Part shown: positions 35,873 through 38,646 of the stretch, piece after piece | Numbering within the stretch: position 1 is the stretch's first letter | Layout of the letters: every line of letters starts with the position of its first letter | Assembly: GCA_013151235.1 (NCBI GenBank) | Contig: JAADIO010000028.1 | Span: forward strand, 1 to 38,646 | Source: Deltaproteobacteria bacterium | Lineage (GTDB): Bacteria; CG2-30-53-67 | Direction: 5' to 3' | DNA: 38,646 bases | Made by a program: the position numbers and the translations under genes | The notes under the pieces: model-generated | What the model saw: the letters and a program-made list of their open reading frames with translations, nothing else | Told to the model about the DNA's origin: nothing | Databases searched by the model: none

Positions 35873-38646
35873 TCAACATTCCGCTCTCCCCCGTCCCGCC
35901 TTACTGCCCAGCCGGTTCAACTCCGCATTGGAGACGCACTCCATGTCGTCTATGGTCAAAACGATATCGCCGTTCGTATCGTAGAAACAGACATCAGCGC
36001 ACACAAGGTGGCTTTCTTCTACGCGCGTCCTTTCAAAACGCATGAAGAGTTTCTCCGGACAGGAATCAACATACCGGATGATTTTCCCGAACCTCGCGGG
36101 AAGGGCCGTCTCGTCCCGGAACTTTCGTGCCCATATGATAGCCATCTGGGCGGCCGCGTCGATCAGCGCCGGATCGTAACACCATAGGTTATCGTCACGA
36201 GTGGCACATCGCAGCCAGTACGACGGCTTCGACGATCTCAGCAACGATAGTGAACCTTCGGGCGTAATCTCCATGATCTCTTCGATCACCCGCAACAGCG
36301 GACCGTGGAACAACCAGTTGTCGTATGCCTCTTTAACCGAAAGCCCCTCGCCCCGGAACAACTTGGGAGCGAACGAAGGACGGGCGGGCAGTTCGTCCAC
36401 CAACAATATCCTGGCGCGGTAAGCTGCACGTTCCTTGACGAGATCGTCGATCAGCAGCCGGACCTCAACCTCAGATCCGTCTCCGTTCATTTCGGCAACT
36501 GGGCCGATACGAACATACACCTTGCGCTCACCTCCCTCGAAGCGTATACCGTGCAGCATCCTGCACTCTTCCACACGAAGAATTGTACGGCCGCGCCCGG
36601 CATGAATGGCAGCCTCCGACATAATCTCCAGCGCAGCCGCCATGGGAAGGACGGGAATGCCATCGATACAATGCTCCTGCAGATAGATATGATTCTTCTC
36701 CACATCCAACCGGAGAATCATATCCCCCCCGTCCCCATCCCTCTCCATGCAGCCATCCAACATGGGGCCGATGTAAGCCGAGGTATCAGCCTGGTATGAC
36801 TCGGTGGTTGCGCGCAGCTCTCTGTGCGCAGCCTCATGCGCCTCCCATCGCCCCTCGCCACAGACCACCTCGACATCCTGCCCGGCCGCAAGTAGTTCCT
36901 CCTTGAAGCACCTCCGTCCGGACTCCGCGCTCACCAGCCTGATCCCTCTCGCGGCAAATTTCTCTTCCGTGGCCGAGATTACCATTCCGGCTCCGAATTG
37001 CGTAGCCCCCCACGGCCCCCAGCACAAGGCCCTGACCTTCACCCCCGCTCCCCAAAGACCGCTCAACTGCCAGCAGATACGGTTCATAATCTCATTCGCC
37101 GTCGCGTAGTCAGTCTGACCGCTGTTGCCGTAACGTCCCGCCACAGAACTCATAACGACGAAGAATTTCAGTGACTCCGGATCGAGGTATTTCTGCAGCA
37201 ACATGAGTCCCATAACCTTTGTCTCAACGACTCGGGACCAACTATCGCCCGTCTTGTCCCTGAGCAATTTGTCCTCGATGATCCCGGCGCCGTGGATCAC
37301 GGCGTTTACCGAGCCATGCTCCCGTCGGATCTCTTCGAAGAGTCGACTCATCTCCCCTTCATCCATGACATCAACAGCGTAATAATGGACCGTTGCCCCC
37401 CTCCTTCTGAAATCATCCATGTTGTTTCGCATCTCCCTTTTCGCAAGTATCCCGCGGATCTTCCTTTCTATCTCGGCTGGCATAAGTTTCCGGCCGCCGG
37501 AGTGGGCATTGGAGATAAAATACCGCCGTAACTCGGCGGCGGTGGCCAGCGACGAAGTATCTTCCGGTTCTTCACCGGGCATGGGGCGGCGTCCCGTAAG
37601 GATCAAAACATTCCCGGGAAGGGCCAGATCACGGAGCAGTTCCGCGGTAATCCCTCTCCCCCCTCCCGTAGCCAAAACAACAAGATCACGCAGATCCCCT
37701 TCCGAGCCGGTAAGGTCAACCTCTTCCGGAACCGTTCTAAAGATCATCCGACTCCCATCTGCATACCCTATTTCCTGTCGTCCCCCCAAGTTTTCCATTT
37801 CGTTCAACAGGGCAGCGGCGACTTTATCTTCTCCGTCACCGGGGTCGAAATCCACCGCCTTCATGATAAACTGCGGCGCCTCGTCCAGGAAGGACTTGAG
37901 CAGTCCAACACCACCGCCCTGTATGGACAAGCCGTGGAGATCAGCGACCCCCGTGCGTCCGAACCCCCCTCCCATTGAGCTTGCAGAGATGAGGACCGCA
38001 CCGGGTTGCAGTCTTTCGTACAGATTCCGCAGGATTAGGAAAAAGGATTTCTCGTTGCGCAGCAACTCCATCCTCCACTCCTCCATGCCGGAGCGTGGAG
38101 AAATCCGTGCGGCAGACAGAGGAGCAAGATGGATCACACCATTTACACGTTCCGTATTTACAGCGAAGTCTATGCACCACTCGTTCAGTAATTCCTCACT
38201 CTCCAGGACAGAGCGCTGTACCACGTAAACCTTGCACCCCCTCTCCTCAAGAAGGTGTTTCAAAGAATCAGAGATACCGGAGATATCCTCCGTAAGCACG
38301 AAGAGGCCGCCTTCGATCGGCCGCATGACCGAGGGATCCAGTGCCTCTTCACAGGGGACCATGACATGCCGGAACGGAGGAATGTCGACAGCATCCTCTT
38401 CTTCCGTTCCGGCATAATCAAAAGGGACGGCAGGATCTCCCGTAACCGACAGGCTTTCAAGCTTCTTTATGATCCCCATGAGCGTTTGCTCTCTATTCAG
38501 CTCGGCGGTATCCCCCAACGCCTTTGCATACGATTCCGGAAGCCTCTTCATCAACTCCCCCACGATCTCCACCCTCTTGATCGAATCGATACCGAGATCC
38601 GCCTCCAGATCCTGATCCAGGCCGACCATCTCGCGGGGGTAGCCGG
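35873..38646 (-). CDS. PfaA-like type I PKS, C-terminal part ACP-KR-DH (5' partial)
   Basis: ACP GYPREMVGLDQDLEADLGIDSIKRVEI (PfaA signature). KR ATGGGRGIT, HGAG and GNSGQTDYATANE. DH YLQEHCIDGIPVLP, FHGP and DPALIDA. Confidence 0.92.
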   Translation of the reverse strand, partial: GYPREMVGLDQDLEADLGIDSIKRVEIVGELMKRLPESYAKALGDTAELNREQTLMGIIKKLESLSVTGDPAVPFDYAGTEEEDAVDIPPFRHVMVPCEEALDPSVMRPIEGGLFVLTEDISGISDSLKHLLEERGCKVYVVQRSVLESEELLNEWCIDFAVNTERVNGVIHLAPLSAARISPRSGMEEWRMELLRNEKSFFLILRNLYERLQPGAVLISASSMGGGFGRTGVADLHGLSIQGGGVGLLKSFLDEAPQFIMKAVDFDPGDGEDKVAAALLNEMENLGGRQEIGYADGSRMIFRTVPEEVDLTGSEGDLRDLVVLATGGGRGITAELLRDLALPGNVLILTGRRPMPGEEPEDTSSLATAAELRRYFISNAHSGGRKLMPAEIERKIRGILAKREMRNNMDDFRRRGATVHYYAVDVMDEGEMSRLFEEIRREHGSVNAVIHGAGIIEDKLLRDKTGDSWSRVVETKVMGLMLLQKYLDPESLKFFVVMSSVAGRYGNSGQTDYATANEIMNRICWQLSGLWGAGVKVRALCWGPWGATQFGAGMVISATEEKFAARGIRLVSAESGRRCFKEELLAAGQDVEVVCGEGRWEAHEAAHRELRATTESYQADTSAYIGPMLDGCMERDGDGGDMILRLDVEKNHIYLQEHCIDGIPVLPMAAALEIMSEAAIHAGRGRTILRVEECRMLHGIRFEGGERKVYVRIGPVAEMNGDGSEVEVRLLIDDLVKERAAYRARILLVDELPARPSFAPKLFRGEGLSVKEAYDNWLFHGPLLRVIEEIMEITPEGSLSLLRSSKPSYWLRCATRDDNLWCYDPALIDAAAQMAIIWARKFRDETALPARFGKIIRYVDSCPEKLFMRFERTRVEESHLVCADVCFYDTNGDIVLTIDDMECVSNAELNRLGSKAGRGRAEC

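Noticed and set aside
31051-38646. Calling the cluster an enediyne PKSE or a canonical pfaABCD PUFA synthase
   Set aside because: The domain order differs (the PPTase-bearing protein lacks ACP and KR; no KS-CLF/FabA-DH or PfaD in view), and no enediyne cassette genes were recognised.

Overview
Bacterial genomic window, probably Desulfobacterota/deltaproteobacteria-like (inferred from gene content only), with four parts. (1) 1-2876: the end of an AT-rich polysaccharide locus (flippase, sulfotransferase, GT2). (2) 2866-5763: a decaying mobile block. An IS5-family element has a D-to-Y change at its first DDE position, and an inverted-type integron has an internally deleted intI, a putative attI at its 3' end and a P-loop ATPase cassette cut off at the IS. 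(3) 6066-13355: a GC-rich block with a dppABC-like peptide ABC transporter (permease 1 frameshifted), a collapsed DUF4388/TPR-like remnant, a ttcA-like gene, a TPR lipoprotein and a secreted hydrolase. (4) 13459-38646: about 25 kb of co-directional minus-strand genes. These include a PUFA-synthase-like type I PKS pair (partial ACP-KR-DH; KS-AT-DH-PPTase fusion), a free ACP, an AlkP-superfamily enzyme, an alpha/beta hydrolase, a probable beta-propeller, a catalytically degenerate M50-HlyD fusion, a CurM/Ols-type sulfotransferase, an outer-membrane factor and several secreted hydrolases. This is the best candidate for an undescribed pathway making an exported sulfated lipid or olefin. Two copies of a MITE carry a REP-IHF-REP hairpin, and one copy has extra REP units nested inside it. 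All family assignments come from motif recognition by eye; no searches were run.
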